Source: an uncultured Candidatus Saccharibacteria bacterium (GTDB lineage: Bacteria; Patescibacteriota; Minisyncoccia; Phycocordibacterales; DATDWN01). Taken from it: a DNA stretch of 64,000 nucleotides. The position numbers and the translations under genes are program-made. Below the pieces are notes generated by a model that was given only the letters and a program-made list of their open reading frames with translations, had not been told where the DNA came from and searched no databases. Where the stretch lies: the NCBI GenBank assembly GCA_964551495.1, contig CAZKCA010000005.1:5705-69704 (forward strand), written 5' to 3'. Below are positions 10,188 through 19,928 of the stretch, piece after piece; the first letter of the stretch is position 1; each line of letters opens with the position of its first letter.

Positions 10188-10647
10188 CATTAAGTGATAT
10201 TGCCTCTTGTATAAGCTTATCGAAGAACTTTTGGCCTGTAGTTTTATCTATTTGGTCTACCCTGCTAATTCCAGATGAATCAACATAAAAAATCGCTCCG
10301 CGCATGTCTGGATTACTTGGATTCCCTCCACACCTTATACACATAGGTATAAAGACTGTCTTAACAGTACTACCTTGAATAATTAACTCTGCAGCTTTAA
10401 TCTATGTCGAGGGTATACACCTGGGCCCAAAACCCAAAATGAAAACTTTGGAATTCTCTTCTGAAGCCCTCTCTATAAGCCAAGCAACACTCTCATAATA
10501 TTTAGCCTCTGTCCCTTTGTATTCTTTTGATCCATAACCAATATTTGGCATAGCTACAGTACGAAAAATTTCTCCATATTCTTCGTATATACTAGCCATC
10601 ATCTCATGTAGAGCCGTAACTGTAATACGCCCTTTTCTTTTTGACAT
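10168..10647 (-). pseudogene. Cytidine/dCMP deaminase-like (ComEB-like) gene in two frames, frameshifted near the expected PCxxC zinc motif
   Basis: Strong SD (GGGAGGTGGAGG) precedes the ATG of MSKRKGRITVTALHEMMAS... Frame 1 stops at 10402 after ...ILGFGPRCIPST. The +1 frame continues IKAAELIIQGSTVKTVFIPMCIRCGG... to 10168, followed by a terminator hairpin. ALHEMMA and ELIIQGSTVKTVF resemble the HAE and PCxxC...IIQxGIkkVvy motifs of dCMP deaminases. Confidence 0.4.
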
Positions 10648-10700
10648 GTTTTCCTCCACCTCCCAAACTACCACCCTGCCCCAAAAAGTCAACATAAACA

Positions 10701-10733
10701 ACAAAACCCCTTGCGGGGTTTTTGTTTTATTTT
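10701..10733. terminator. Hairpin immediately at the rplB stop
   Basis: aaaacccc-ttgc-ggggtttt with T-rich flanks. Would separate rplB from the inserted module and rpsS. Confidence 0.45.
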
Positions 10734-11569
10734 CTCTTACCGACTTTTCTTCTAGAAACGATAAGTCTGTTTGAGTATTTTTTAGGAGTTCTTGTTTTCT
10801 GCCCTTTTCCTGTAGGTCTTCCCCATTTAGAAACAGCTCTTCTTCTTCCTCTTCCTTGTCTACCCTCTCCTCCTCCGTGTGGGTGGTCTACTGGGTTTTG
10901 AGCAGTACCTCTAACTGTAGGTCTGATGCCTAACCATCTTGATCTTCCAGCTTTTCCAAGATTTACAAGTCTGTTTTCATCATTTGAAACTTCACCAATA
11001 GAAGCCCACGCAGTATCTTTTACTTTTCTAACTTCTGAAGAAGGCATCTTTAGATCAACAAAACCAGCATCCTTTGCAACAACTTCTATAAAGTTTCCGG
11101 CAGATCTTGCAAGTTTTGCTCCACCAAGAGGTTTTACTTCTACGTTGTATACAAAAGTACCTACTGTTATGTTTTTAAGAGGAAGTCTGTTACCAGTTTT
11201 TATTTCAGCATTCTCTGATGTAACAAATTGATCCCCTACTTTTATACCTTTAGGTATAAGAACATATCTTTTTTCACCATCTCTATACTGAGCAAGTCCA
11301 ATAAAACCTGATCTATTTGGATCATATTCTACAGATTTGATTGTGTAAGGAATATTTATTTTGTCATATTTAAAATCTACCTCTCTAAATAGTTTCTTGT
11401 GTCCTCCACCCTTATGTCTCATTGTTATCTTGCCAGAATTGTTTCTTCCTACAGATCTTTTGTATCCCTTAACAAGAGATTTTTCCGGTTTTGTTTTAGT
11501 CAAAAGAGATCCATAATTTATGGTTGTCATTCCTCTTCTCGATGGACTTGTTGGTTTATATCTTTTCAT
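10727..11569 (-). CDS. rplB: 50S ribosomal protein L2
   Basis: 280 aa with a Gly/Arg-rich C-terminus. Confidence 0.9.
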   Translation of the reverse strand: MKRYKPTSPSRRGMTTINYGSLLTKTKPEKSLVKGYKRSVGRNNSGKITMRHKGGGHKKLFREVDFKYDKINIPYTIKSVEYDPNRSGFIGLAQYRDGEKRYVLIPKGIKVGDQFVTSENAEIKTGNRLPLKNITVGTFVYNVEVKPLGGAKLARSAGNFIEVVAKDAGFVDLKMPSSEVRKVKDTAWASIGEVSNDENRLVNLGKAGRSRWLGIRPTVRGTAQNPVDHPHGGGEGRQGRGRRRAVSKWGRPTGKGQKTRTPKKYSNRLIVSRRKVGKRK

Positions 11570-11570
11570 A

Positions 11571-11855
11571 CTATTTCATTATTTCTACTTTCTCACCTTT
11601 TTTTACATAAACATAAGCCTTCTTGTATCCAGATTGAACTCCTCTTTTTCCTCTAACTATAACTTTTTTTGGTGGAATAGTTACGGTTCTAACTTTAACA
11701 GGAGTAACTTTGTAATTTGTTATAAAAGCTTTTTCTACAGCTTGTTTTGAAGCTTTTGGATCTATTTTGAAAACATAAACAGAATTTTCAGAAGAAACTG
11801 TAGCTTTTTCTGTAATATGAGGTTTTATTAAAACTTTTGTTAAATCTTTAGTCAT
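11571..11855 (-). CDS. rplW: 50S ribosomal protein L23
   Basis: Operon position. Confidence 0.85.
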   Translation of the reverse strand: MTKDLTKVLIKPHITEKATVSSENSVYVFKIDPKASKQAVEKAFITNYKVTPVKVRTVTIPPKKVIVRGKRGVQSGYKKAYVYVKKGEKVEIMK

Positions 11856-11860
11856 AATAT

Positions 11861-12583
11861 TTATTTAGATAATTTACCAGAAATTGTAGCTAGTCCCTTT
11901 TCAGGGTTTTCTATAACAAGATATTTAAAATTTACCAAATCAACTGGATTTATATTTCTTATTTCATCAACTTCAAGATTACCGAAATTATTAAAACTTT
12001 TTTCTGTATTTTTATCTTTTGAAGACAAAGCTATATAAGCAGCATTTCTTTTCTTTGATAAAAGATCTGTAAAGCCTTTAACAGAAGAAAGAGAGGAGAG
12101 AGTTTTAAGCGCTTCTTTTGTTTTCGGTTCTGAAAAATTAATGTTGTCAACAAAAAGAATTTGTCCTTTTTTAAACTTAGCTGAAAGTATTGTATACAAG
12201 GCTTTAGCTCTCATTTTCTTATTAATCTTTCTTGAGTAGTCTTTTTCATTTCTAGGGCCATGTGTCACACCTCCACCAACCCATATAGGTGATCGTGTTG
12301 AGCCATGACGAGCTCTACCAGTCCCTTTTTGTCTCCAAGGTTTTTTACCCCCACCAGAAACCTCTCCTCTACCTTTTGTATGAGCAATAGAATTTCTAGC
12401 AGAAGAAAGCATAGAAGTAACAACTTGGTGAACCAAGTCACTATTCCAAGATATACCAAAAATGTCCTCTGGTAGATTTATTTTCTTAATTTCTTTTCCA
12501 GACTGATCATACAAAGAAGCCTCCAAAACATTTTTTGTTTCTTTTGTGGTTGCTTTTGAATTTTTAGCAGTGACTTTTTCCAT
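11861..12583 (-). CDS. rplD: 50S ribosomal protein L4
   Basis: Operon position, 240 aa. Confidence 0.85.
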   Translation of the reverse strand: MEKVTAKNSKATTKETKNVLEASLYDQSGKEIKKINLPEDIFGISWNSDLVHQVVTSMLSSARNSIAHTKGRGEVSGGGKKPWRQKGTGRARHGSTRSPIWVGGGVTHGPRNEKDYSRKINKKMRAKALYTILSAKFKKGQILFVDNINFSEPKTKEALKTLSSLSSVKGFTDLLSKKRNAAYIALSSKDKNTEKSFNNFGNLEVDEIRNINPVDLVNFKYLVIENPEKGLATISGKLSK

Positions 12584-12587
12584 ATTT

Positions 12588-13202
12588 TTATCCTTGTTTT
12601 ATTTCAACCAAAGTTCCTTTTCTCCCAGCAATAGCACCTCTGACAAAAACCTCTTTTGTTTCAGGGTTTACAGAAACAACAGTTAAACCTTTTGTAGTAA
12701 TTCTATCTCCACCTGTTCTACCAGCCATTCTTTTACCTTTTGTCACACGACCTCCATCACGACCAGCTCCTCCAATAGATCCTGGTTCTCTCTCTGAGTG
12801 TTTCTGTCCATGAGAACGAGGTCCTCCTTTAAAACCATGTCTCTTTACTACACCTTGAAATCCTTTTCCTTTAGAAATAGATGAAACTGTAACCAAATCA
12901 CCTACTTTTAAAGAAGAAGTATCTACAATGTCACCAACATTATATGTAACTCCTTCCTCAACAGGAATTTCCATAAGAGTCATATATGAACCACCTTTCA
13001 TCTGGCCTTTTACAGCTTTATTTATATTTTTAGGATTCCTCTCACCAAAGCCAACTTGGATAGCAGAATAGCCATCTTTCTCGACTGTTTTAACTTGAGT
13101 AACAACCATATCCCCAATCTTTACTATTGTGGCTGGGTGAACAACTCCAGATTCATCAAAAATCTGAGTCATATTCTGTTTTATTCCTAAAATCAATTTC
13201 AT
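12588..13202 (-). CDS. rplC: 50S ribosomal protein L3
   Basis: 204 aa, operon position. Confidence 0.9.
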   Translation of the reverse strand: MKLILGIKQNMTQIFDESGVVHPATIVKIGDMVVTQVKTVEKDGYSAIQVGFGERNPKNINKAVKGQMKGGSYMTLMEIPVEEGVTYNVGDIVDTSSLKVGDLVTVSSISKGKGFQGVVKRHGFKGGPRSHGQKHSEREPGSIGGAGRDGGRVTKGKRMAGRTGGDRITTKGLTVVSVNPETKEVFVRGAIAGRKGTLVEIKQG

Positions 13203-13543
13203 AAAAATCTGAGTGACAATTTGCGGACAGTAATGAGAAAGATATCCTCAACATTGCCCTTCGCCAGTCACTCTAAAATTCGTTTTGACGATTTGGCTAT
13301 ACTATCAGATATCGTTTTTTAAATCAAGTCCTTGTTAAAAATAAAAAACAACTTCCCTGGGAAGTTGTTTAGCGTGTGCCAGATGCAAGCATCTGGCGAA
13401 AGAAAGAACAATTGTAGAAATGTGTCGCTGTGAGATTTGTAGAGAAGTGACCAAGGTCAACTTCTCAAATTCTCACTACTTTCCATTACTACAATTACAG
13501 TATATTCCTTATAAATTATATTGTCAAACTTTTTTAAATAACA

Positions 13544-13570
13544 AAAAACCACCCGAAGGTGGTTTTTTGT
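13544..13570. terminator. Bidirectional terminator-like hairpin between rpsJ and rplC
   Basis: aaaaaaccacc-cgaa-ggtggtttttt. Confidence 0.5.
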
Positions 13571-13584
13571 ATTTGTAAGGATTT

Positions 13585-13690
13585 TTGTTTGAGTTCAAGG
13601 CGCGAAGTTTTATTTTTGACCAAGGTGTATAAAAATACTCCGCGGGAGAAAACAAAACAAACAACGCAGAAATCGAACAAAAAGACTACA
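13585..13690 (+). repeat. Intergenic repeat family R, copy 1
   Basis: tttgagttcaaggcgcga...gaccaaggtgtataaaaatactccgcg...gaaatcgaacaaaaa aligns at roughly 75% with 22585..22695. Confidence 0.6.
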
Positions 13691-13696
13691 AATAAA

Positions 13697-14080
13697 CTAC
13701 ATTATTTTTACGTCGATATTAACTCCAGATGGCAAACTCAAATTTGTCAGAGATTCCATAATCTTTGGAGTAGGATTTAGGATATCTATAACTCTCTTAT
13801 GAGTTCTCATCTCAAACTGCTCTCTAGCATTTTTGAAGACAAAAGATGATCTGTTTACTGTGTATTTCTTTATTTCAGTAGGCATAGGTATTGGACCCAA
13901 AACTTTAGCGTCATACCTCAAAGCCGTATCTATTATTTGCTTAACAGAAAGATCTAAGATTTTGTATTCATAGGCTCTAACTCTTATACGTAGCTTAGAA
14001 ATAGCATCTGTTTTTGTAGCAGATTTAGCTGTTTTCTTTACTGATTCTTTTTTAGTTGTTTCTTTTTTTGCTGTTACCAT
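13697..14080 (-). CDS. rpsJ: 30S ribosomal protein S10 with N-terminal extension
   Basis: Core LRIRVRAYEYKILD. A ~490-bp structured spacer separates it from rplC. Confidence 0.85.
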   Translation of the reverse strand: MVTAKKETTKKESVKKTAKSATKTDAISKLRIRVRAYEYKILDLSVKQIIDTALRYDAKVLGPIPMPTEIKKYTVNRSSFVFKNAREQFEMRTHKRVIDILNPTPKIMESLTNLSLPSGVNIDVKIM

Positions 14081-14213
14081 TTTGGTATTTTATTCTAAAT
14101 TTCACAATTTGGATGAAATCCGACGTGAGAGTTTTAAAATCCGAGAAGCTTTACAAGTAGTAAAGTGACGAGGATTTAAAAACTGGGAACTAGGAGTTCG
14201 CCAAATTTGAAAT

Positions 14214-15410
14214 TTAGGCTATGATTTTTGTTACAACTCCCGCACCTACTGTCTTACCCCCCTCTCTAATAGCAAATCTTGTGTTTTCTTCCAATGCAAC
14301 TGGGGCAACCAACTTAACGTTGAATGTAACAGTATCTCCTGGCATAACCATTTCAACACCTGGGTTTAGAGTCACATCTCCTGTAACGTCTGTTGTTCTG
14401 ATGTAGAATTGTGGTTTATAACCAGAGAAGAATGGTGTATGTCTTCCTCCTTCTTCTTTCTTTAGAATATAAACTTCAGCTGTAAATTCTGTATGAGGAG
14501 TCACTGTTTTTGGTTTAGCCAAAACTTGTCCTCTATGAATATCTTCTTTCTTCGCACCTCTCAATAGAATTCCTGCGTTATCCCCTGCTATACCTTCTTG
14601 AAGAGATTTATTGAACATTTCAATACCTGTAACTGTGTATTTTACAGTGTCTTTCAAACCAATACACTCTATTTCTTCACCAACTTTTACTGTTCCTCTT
14701 TCAATTCTTCCTGTAACCACTGTTCCTCTACCTTCAATTGAGAAGATGTCTTCAACTGGCATAAGGAATGGTTTATCAGTATCTCTTTCTGGAAGTGGGA
14801 AATAAGTATCTAGTGCATTTGCAAGTTCCAATACTTTAGCTGCCCAAGGATCATCATTATTTGCTGATTCCAAGGCTTTTAGACCAGAACCTCTTATAAC
14901 AGGAGCTCCTTTTCCATCAAAACCTTGTGCTGTAAGAAGGTCTCTAACTTCTTCTTCAACTAAGTCAATAAGATCATTATCATCAACCATGTCGCACTTG
15001 TTTAGGAAAACGATTATCTTTGGCACACCAACTTGTTTTGCCAAAAGAACGTGCTCTCGAGTTTGAGGCATCACACCGTCTGTAGCTGCCACCACAAGTA
15101 CAGCACCGTCCATTTGAGCGGCACCAGTAATCATGTTTTTGATATAGTCAGCGTGTCCAGGAGCATCTACGTGAGCATAGTGTCTTGTTGGAGTCTCATA
15201 CTCATTGTGAGAAAGAGCAATAGTAATACCTCTTGCTTTTTCTTCTGGAGCAGAGTCAATAGCATCAACTCCTTTTATTTTAGCTGAATAACCACTTCCA
15301 GCTCTACCCAAAACATTTAGGATAGCAGCTGTAAGTGTTGTTTTACCGTGGTCTACGTGACCAATTGTTCCCACGTTTACGTGTGGTTTTGAACGATCAA
15401 AATCTGCCAT
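14214..15410 (-). CDS. tuf: Elongation factor Tu
   Basis: [18 protein letters not shown] and NKCD motifs. Confidence 0.95.
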   Translation of the reverse strand: MADFDRSKPHVNVGTIGHVDHGKTTLTAAILNVLGRAGSGYSAKIKGVDAIDSAPEEKARGITIALSHNEYETPTRHYAHVDAPGHADYIKNMITGAAQMDGAVLVVAATDGVMPQTREHVLLAKQVGVPKIIVFLNKCDMVDDNDLIDLVEEEVRDLLTAQGFDGKGAPVIRGSGLKALESANNDDPWAAKVLELANALDTYFPLPERDTDKPFLMPVEDIFSIEGRGTVVTGRIERGTVKVGEEIECIGLKDTVKYTVTGIEMFNKSLQEGIAGDNAGILLRGAKKEDIHRGQVLAKPKTVTPHTEFTAEVYILKKEEGGRHTPFFSGYKPQFYIRTTDVTGDVTLNPGVEMVMPGDTVTFNVKLVAPVALEENTRFAIREGGKTVGAGVVTKIIA

Positions 15411-15576
15411 AAATTTATATTTATAATATTAAATTAATAATTCTAATTGTCAGAGTATAGTTCTCGAGAACAATTAAATATACTCTACCAACTAGCGCCA
15501 AAAAGGCATGCTAATAAACTTAGCGTTACAAAAACGCGATAATCACAATATTAGACAAAAAACAAATAATAGTCAA

Positions 15577-15642
15577 CCCTGTAGTAAAGCTTTTCGGTAT
15601 TATTATATAAATTCAATACAGTAATAAAAGCTTACTACAAGG
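15577..15642 (-). terminator. GTAGTA-family long hairpin downstream of the 96-aa ORF
   Basis: ccctgtagtaaagctttt ... aaaagcttactacaagg with a T-rich flank on the minus strand. Confidence 0.45.
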
Positions 15643-15671
15643 CAAGCTCTCATTATATTAAGATAGATATA

Positions 15672-15962
15672 CTATAACAACAGGACCTGTCTAACTTTTT
15701 CTTTTTCTTCTTTGATAAGCAATTCAAAGGTCGGTATTTTGCTCTTTAAAAAGGATAGGACGTCTTGAGGAGTTGTTTCGTTTTGATCCAATAGAGAATC
15801 AAAATCTTCTTGTTCTTTTTCTGAAAGAATGTCTAAAGATCTAACCAAAATGGCTTGATACAATATAAGTCCAATACGATCAGCCAACTCAGTCTGTTTT
15901 TCAGGACTAAGATTTGTTAGTTTCCATTCTTCTATTAAATCTTTTGATAAATTGTTAATCAT
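15672..15962 (-). CDS. Hypothetical 96-aa acidic protein
   Basis: ORF immediately downstream of the giant gene; no recognisable motifs. Confidence 0.4.
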   Translation of the reverse strand: MINNLSKDLIEEWKLTNLSPEKQTELADRIGLILYQAILVRSLDILSEKEQEDFDSLLDQNETTPQDVLSFLKSKIPTFELLIKEEKEKVRQVLLL

Positions 15963-15971
15963 AAAATATCA

Positions 15972-18900
15972 TTATTTTTGAGCTAAAAGTGTCTTTATGG
16001 TATCAAAGACCTTATTTTCATTTGCAGATTTGATTGCTCTTTCGTAAACAGTATCGGCGCTAAACCAACCTCCTTTTAGTTCCTTATTTAATAAAACTTC
16101 TATTTTGTCTTGATTTATAATTCCTTTAGCTATCTCTTTACCATTTAAAGCAACCCTAACAGAACCATTATTATCTAAATCAGGCAAGACATGCAAAACT
16201 CCACCCTCAAACGGAAATCTTGCCAAGAAATTTCTATAACCCTTTGTCATTTCCTCTTGAGCAGCAACATAAGCCTCTCTTATTTCTCTATAACCGCTTC
16301 CTTCTTGAAGTTTTTCAGCTAAAACCATAGGATAAAAACTCTGATCTGGATTTGAAACAGACTCTGCAACAGCTTGACCATCAAACACTAAAACCTTTCT
16401 ACCTTCCATATCACCTATTGATAGTTTATGTCCTTTATATTCAAAATTTTCAGGAAAAGCAAATGGTTTACCTTTTATTTCAAAAAGATTGTTTGAGTTA
16501 GGTTTAGAAACATTTTCTGGCTCTGCCACACTAGCGCCAGTATTTTTGTTTGAGATATCAGATTCAAAAGGAGCTGTTTTACCTACATATTCTTTAGGAA
16601 CAACTTCTCCTTCAGAATTAATAAGTTTTCCATCAAATTCATAAGCTTCCCCTCTTTTGGCATCAAAAAGTATGTCTTCCCTGCCATCCAAATGCTCGTA
16701 TTTTAGATTTCCTTTATCATCCAAAGAAAGACTTTCTCCTTTGAGTCCTGATCCACTTAAGTTGTGCTCAGGATCATACATACCAAATTCTTTTGCCAAA
16801 TCCATGGAAGAAGTTTGTGTAAAATGTTTCAAGTTATCTGGAACTTTATCTACACTTCCATATTTTTCCAAAAGTTTGGTTTTCATGTCATCAAAAGTTT
16901 TTATAAAACCTTTAGAAGAAAGTCCAACTTCTATATTTTCTACCTTTGGAACATCTGGGGTAGTTGGTTTTGGAATATTTTCTGCTACAACTCCTGGTTT
17001 TGATGAAGGTATATTTTCAGAAACAGACCCTCCATTTCCTAAGCCGATACTATCTATTGAACTCAAAATCCCAGCTCCACCAGCAACTCCTGCCATAGCT
17101 ACAGCTTTACCAAGCATTTGTCTATTTTTTCTTTCTTTTTCTGACTCAAAAAATTCTCTAGCTTTTTTTGTTTTTTCTGAGAAATTTTCTTCTGTTATGT
17201 TTTCCCCATATTCTTCTAGAAAATTCTCTTTCCTTTCTTTATTACTTTTATCAAATCTCCCCTGAATACCTTTTCCAACAAGTTGTCCTGCTCCCACAGA
17301 AGCACCTGCTCGTGTAGCTCTCATGCCAGCATAACCAAGAGCAGCCGCTGCAGTGGCCCCAGAAGCCAAAACAACTCCTGTCATAAAAGCAGTAGAAAGA
17401 GCTATCCTGGTAGGCAAACTTAATTTCTGCCATTTTTCCAAACTTTTACCTAAAATACCTTTTTCTAGTCGAGGCAAAGATTCTTGAATTTGACGATTAA
17501 ACCTCTCATACTCCTCTTCCATTGCTTTTACAAGCCCCTCATTTGCCCAAACCTCTTCTACTTTAGCTGTTATTGTGTTGAGTCCAACAACTTTTTCTTT
17601 TTTTACGGATTCTTTAAAAAGGTATCTGGATTTTTCTTTCTGTGCTTCTATGTATGCTCTTTCAAGTTCTTTCAATTCTTCAGGTCTTTGATCAGAATTT
17701 GGCATTTGTTTATCCATGCCCAAATCGGCCATCACTTTTGCAAATTTATTTTTCTTGGATCTGTGTTCATTTTTGAAATTTATATAAGCAGAAGCGTATT
17801 CCTCTCTAGCCTTTTCTAGGTTTTTATCAATCTCTTCTGCTTTAGCAAATAACTCTTCAAAATTATCAACTTCTATACCTTTTGCATTTTCTGGAGCTGG
17901 TGGAGGAGGTAGGGGTTTTTCATTTTCCACTTTTTGTTTAAAATCATAATATTTATCATATAGTCGATTAAATTTTTGTATTTCTTGCCAGGACATTGTT
18001 AGAAGACCGCCAGACTTAGTTCCTCTTTTTATATACGCAATTTCTTCATCATTTAGACCGGCTTCTCTTGCAATATCATTATCTACAAAATCGTTAAATT
18101 CATTAGCATCTATATTATTTTTATTTGCTAAAATTTGTTCTTTTATAAAGTCTTTAGCTGTAACCTTTTTCCTCATCAACTGACCAGATTCATGTTCTTT
18201 TATTAAGTAAACTTTTCCTTCTCTTATATCGGCTATATTCCACCCTGAATCCATTTGACCACTTGTTCTTATAACAGATACCTCATCACCTACTTTATAT
18301 GGTGCCCTATTTATACCGGGAACAAAAATTTCAAGATTATAATCAGATCTTGGTTCTTCATTTATTTTTCTCTCACCAGAAACAGAGTCTCTTAGATTAT
18401 TTAATGAAATTTGGTTAGATGTTTTTTCTTCTTCTTCAGCTTTATTTTTTGCCCTCTCATACATCTGTTCAAAAGTTTCTTCTTCTACAAAAGAATTGTC
18501 TTTAGGACCCTCGCTTATATCTTTTTGTGTAGGTATTTCAAATTGTTGCAATTTATCTCCATCAAATTGATTCTCGGCGTCTTTTTCTTCCTCTTCCAAT
18601 TTTACAGCAGGATATTCAATCCTATGACTCATTGGATCAAACTCCCTTTTACCTTCCACTATATCTTGGTCTTCAAAAGGTCTTCTTGATTCTAGTGTTT
18701 CATCTTTATCAAAACCCCTTACAGATTCTTTAGTATCTTCTTCTGATAAAACAGGTATTTTAAATTGAGATAATTTATTAAATTGTTCATTTTCTGTCAG
18801 CCCAGCCAAATGATAGAGGAGGTCTTTTTGTTCTGGATTAATAACACCATATTTCAATGCACTATCTATTTCTCTTTTTATTTCTGCAATTGATTCTGCC

Positions 18901-19874
18901 CACTCTATTCCATTATGAAAAGCTTTATTAAATCCTTCTCTTGAGACATTGGAATCTAAATAATCTAAAATATTATTCCTTACATCCTTTAAACTTTTAC
19001 CTTCTCTTTCTTTTATTTCTGGAACCATATACTCCCCTGCATGTTTCCATGGATCAAATTCTCTTTTTGATTCCTTAGTTTCTTCATCAGGATTAGGTAT
19101 TTCAAATTGTTGCAATTTATCTCCATCAAATTGATTCTCGGCGTCTTTTTCTTCCTCTTCCAATTTTACAGCAGGATACTGACCAGCATCTGTATTTATA
19201 TTAAATTCCCTTTTATCTTCAGGAACTTTATGGATAGCCTTAATACTTAAAGGCACTTTCATTTCTTCTACTAAAACAAAAATATCATTATCTGTTCTTT
19301 GTAAATTTTTAACAGTATAAACATTGCTTCCACCAAAAAATGTTACTTTATCTCCTGGTTTCAGATCTGATCCTGTTTCTTTATTATTTATATATTCTTG
19401 TCCTATAATTTTGTATATTTCTTTTTTCTCTTCATCGGAAATAATATTATTTTCAGATGCACTATCAATTTTTTCTTTCAGCTCTTCATAAGAAGAAACC
19501 ATGGAAACATCAAAAAGAAAAAGTCTTGTTTCATCTCTCCTATTTAAACCTTCTATATAATGAAGTAGATTACTAACAACTTTTTTGTCAAATTGATTTT
19601 CATTTGGTATTTCAATCTGTTGAACTTTATCAGGATTAAATGGTTTTAAATCTTTTTCTTCTTCTGGTTCTGGAGAAAGTTCAGAAGGATTTTTAAACCT
19701 CACACTTCCTAAAAAAGTTTCTTCTGGTTGTAGCTGATCACCAGAATTATTTTCTAAATTTTCGGGCAAAGTAGAACTATCGATAGGATTAAATCCTTCT
19801 TTTTTTACCTGGTCCATACCGTTATAGAATCTTCCCATACTTAATATAATATCTGCTTTAATAAACTTAAGCAA
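15972..19874 (-). CDS. Giant (1300 aa) repeat-containing acidic protein with central Gly/Ala-rich transmembrane segments
   Basis: Long uninterrupted ORF with internal protein repeats (YPAVKLEEEEKDAENQFDGDKLQQFEIP twice; QFD..QQIEIP variants). TM-like segments LSTAFMTGVVLASGATAAAALGYAG and AVAMAGVAGGAGILS. Lies between fusA and tuf. Confidence 0.7.
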   Translation of the reverse strand: MLKFIKADIILSMGRFYNGMDQVKKEGFNPIDSSTLPENLENNSGDQLQPEETFLGSVRFKNPSELSPEPEEEKDLKPFNPDKVQQIEIPNENQFDKKVVSNLLHYIEGLNRRDETRLFLFDVSMVSSYEELKEKIDSASENNIISDEEKKEIYKIIGQEYINNKETGSDLKPGDKVTFFGGSNVYTVKNLQRTDNDIFVLVEEMKVPLSIKAIHKVPEDKREFNINTDAGQYPAVKLEEEEKDAENQFDGDKLQQFEIPNPDEETKESKREFDPWKHAGEYMVPEIKEREGKSLKDVRNNILDYLDSNVSREGFNKAFHNGIEWAESIAEIKREIDSALKYGVINPEQKDLLYHLAGLTENEQFNKLSQFKIPVLSEEDTKESVRGFDKDETLESRRPFEDQDIVEGKREFDPMSHRIEYPAVKLEEEEKDAENQFDGDKLQQFEIPTQKDISEGPKDNSFVEEETFEQMYERAKNKAEEEEKTSNQISLNNLRDSVSGERKINEEPRSDYNLEIFVPGINRAPYKVGDEVSVIRTSGQMDSGWNIADIREGKVYLIKEHESGQLMRKKVTAKDFIKEQILANKNNIDANEFNDFVDNDIAREAGLNDEEIAYIKRGTKSGGLLTMSWQEIQKFNRLYDKYYDFKQKVENEKPLPPPPAPENAKGIEVDNFEELFAKAEEIDKNLEKAREEYASAYINFKNEHRSKKNKFAKVMADLGMDKQMPNSDQRPEELKELERAYIEAQKEKSRYLFKESVKKEKVVGLNTITAKVEEVWANEGLVKAMEEEYERFNRQIQESLPRLEKGILGKSLEKWQKLSLPTRIALSTAFMTGVVLASGATAAAALGYAGMRATRAGASVGAGQLVGKGIQGRFDKSNKERKENFLEEYGENITEENFSEKTKKAREFFESEKERKNRQMLGKAVAMAGVAGGAGILSSIDSIGLGNGGSVSENIPSSKPGVVAENIPKPTTPDVPKVENIEVGLSSKGFIKTFDDMKTKLLEKYGSVDKVPDNLKHFTQTSSMDLAKEFGMYDPEHNLSGSGLKGESLSLDDKGNLKYEHLDGREDILFDAKRGEAYEFDGKLINSEGEVVPKEYVGKTAPFESDISNKNTGASVAEPENVSKPNSNNLFEIKGKPFAFPENFEYKGHKLSIGDMEGRKVLVFDGQAVAESVSNPDQSFYPMVLAEKLQEGSGYREIREAYVAAQEEMTKGYRNFLARFPFEGGVLHVLPDLDNNGSVRVALNGKEIAKGIINQDKIEVLLNKELKGGWFSADTVYERAIKSANENKVFDTIKTLLAQK

Positions 19875-19928
19875 TAAAAATCTCCACTTTTTGTGGAGAT
19901 TTTTTATTTTGTTAGTTATAAAATATTT

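Noticed and set aside
13559-13780. 73-aa plus-strand ORF
   Set aside because: Overlaps the family-R intergenic repeat and the antisense of the rpsJ 3' end.
16657-17265. 202-aa plus-strand ORF (also 16764..17003, 17484..17819, 18411..18689)
   Set aside because: Antisense to the 1300-aa gene. Low-complexity F/S-rich translations typical of antisense reading of K/E-rich genes.
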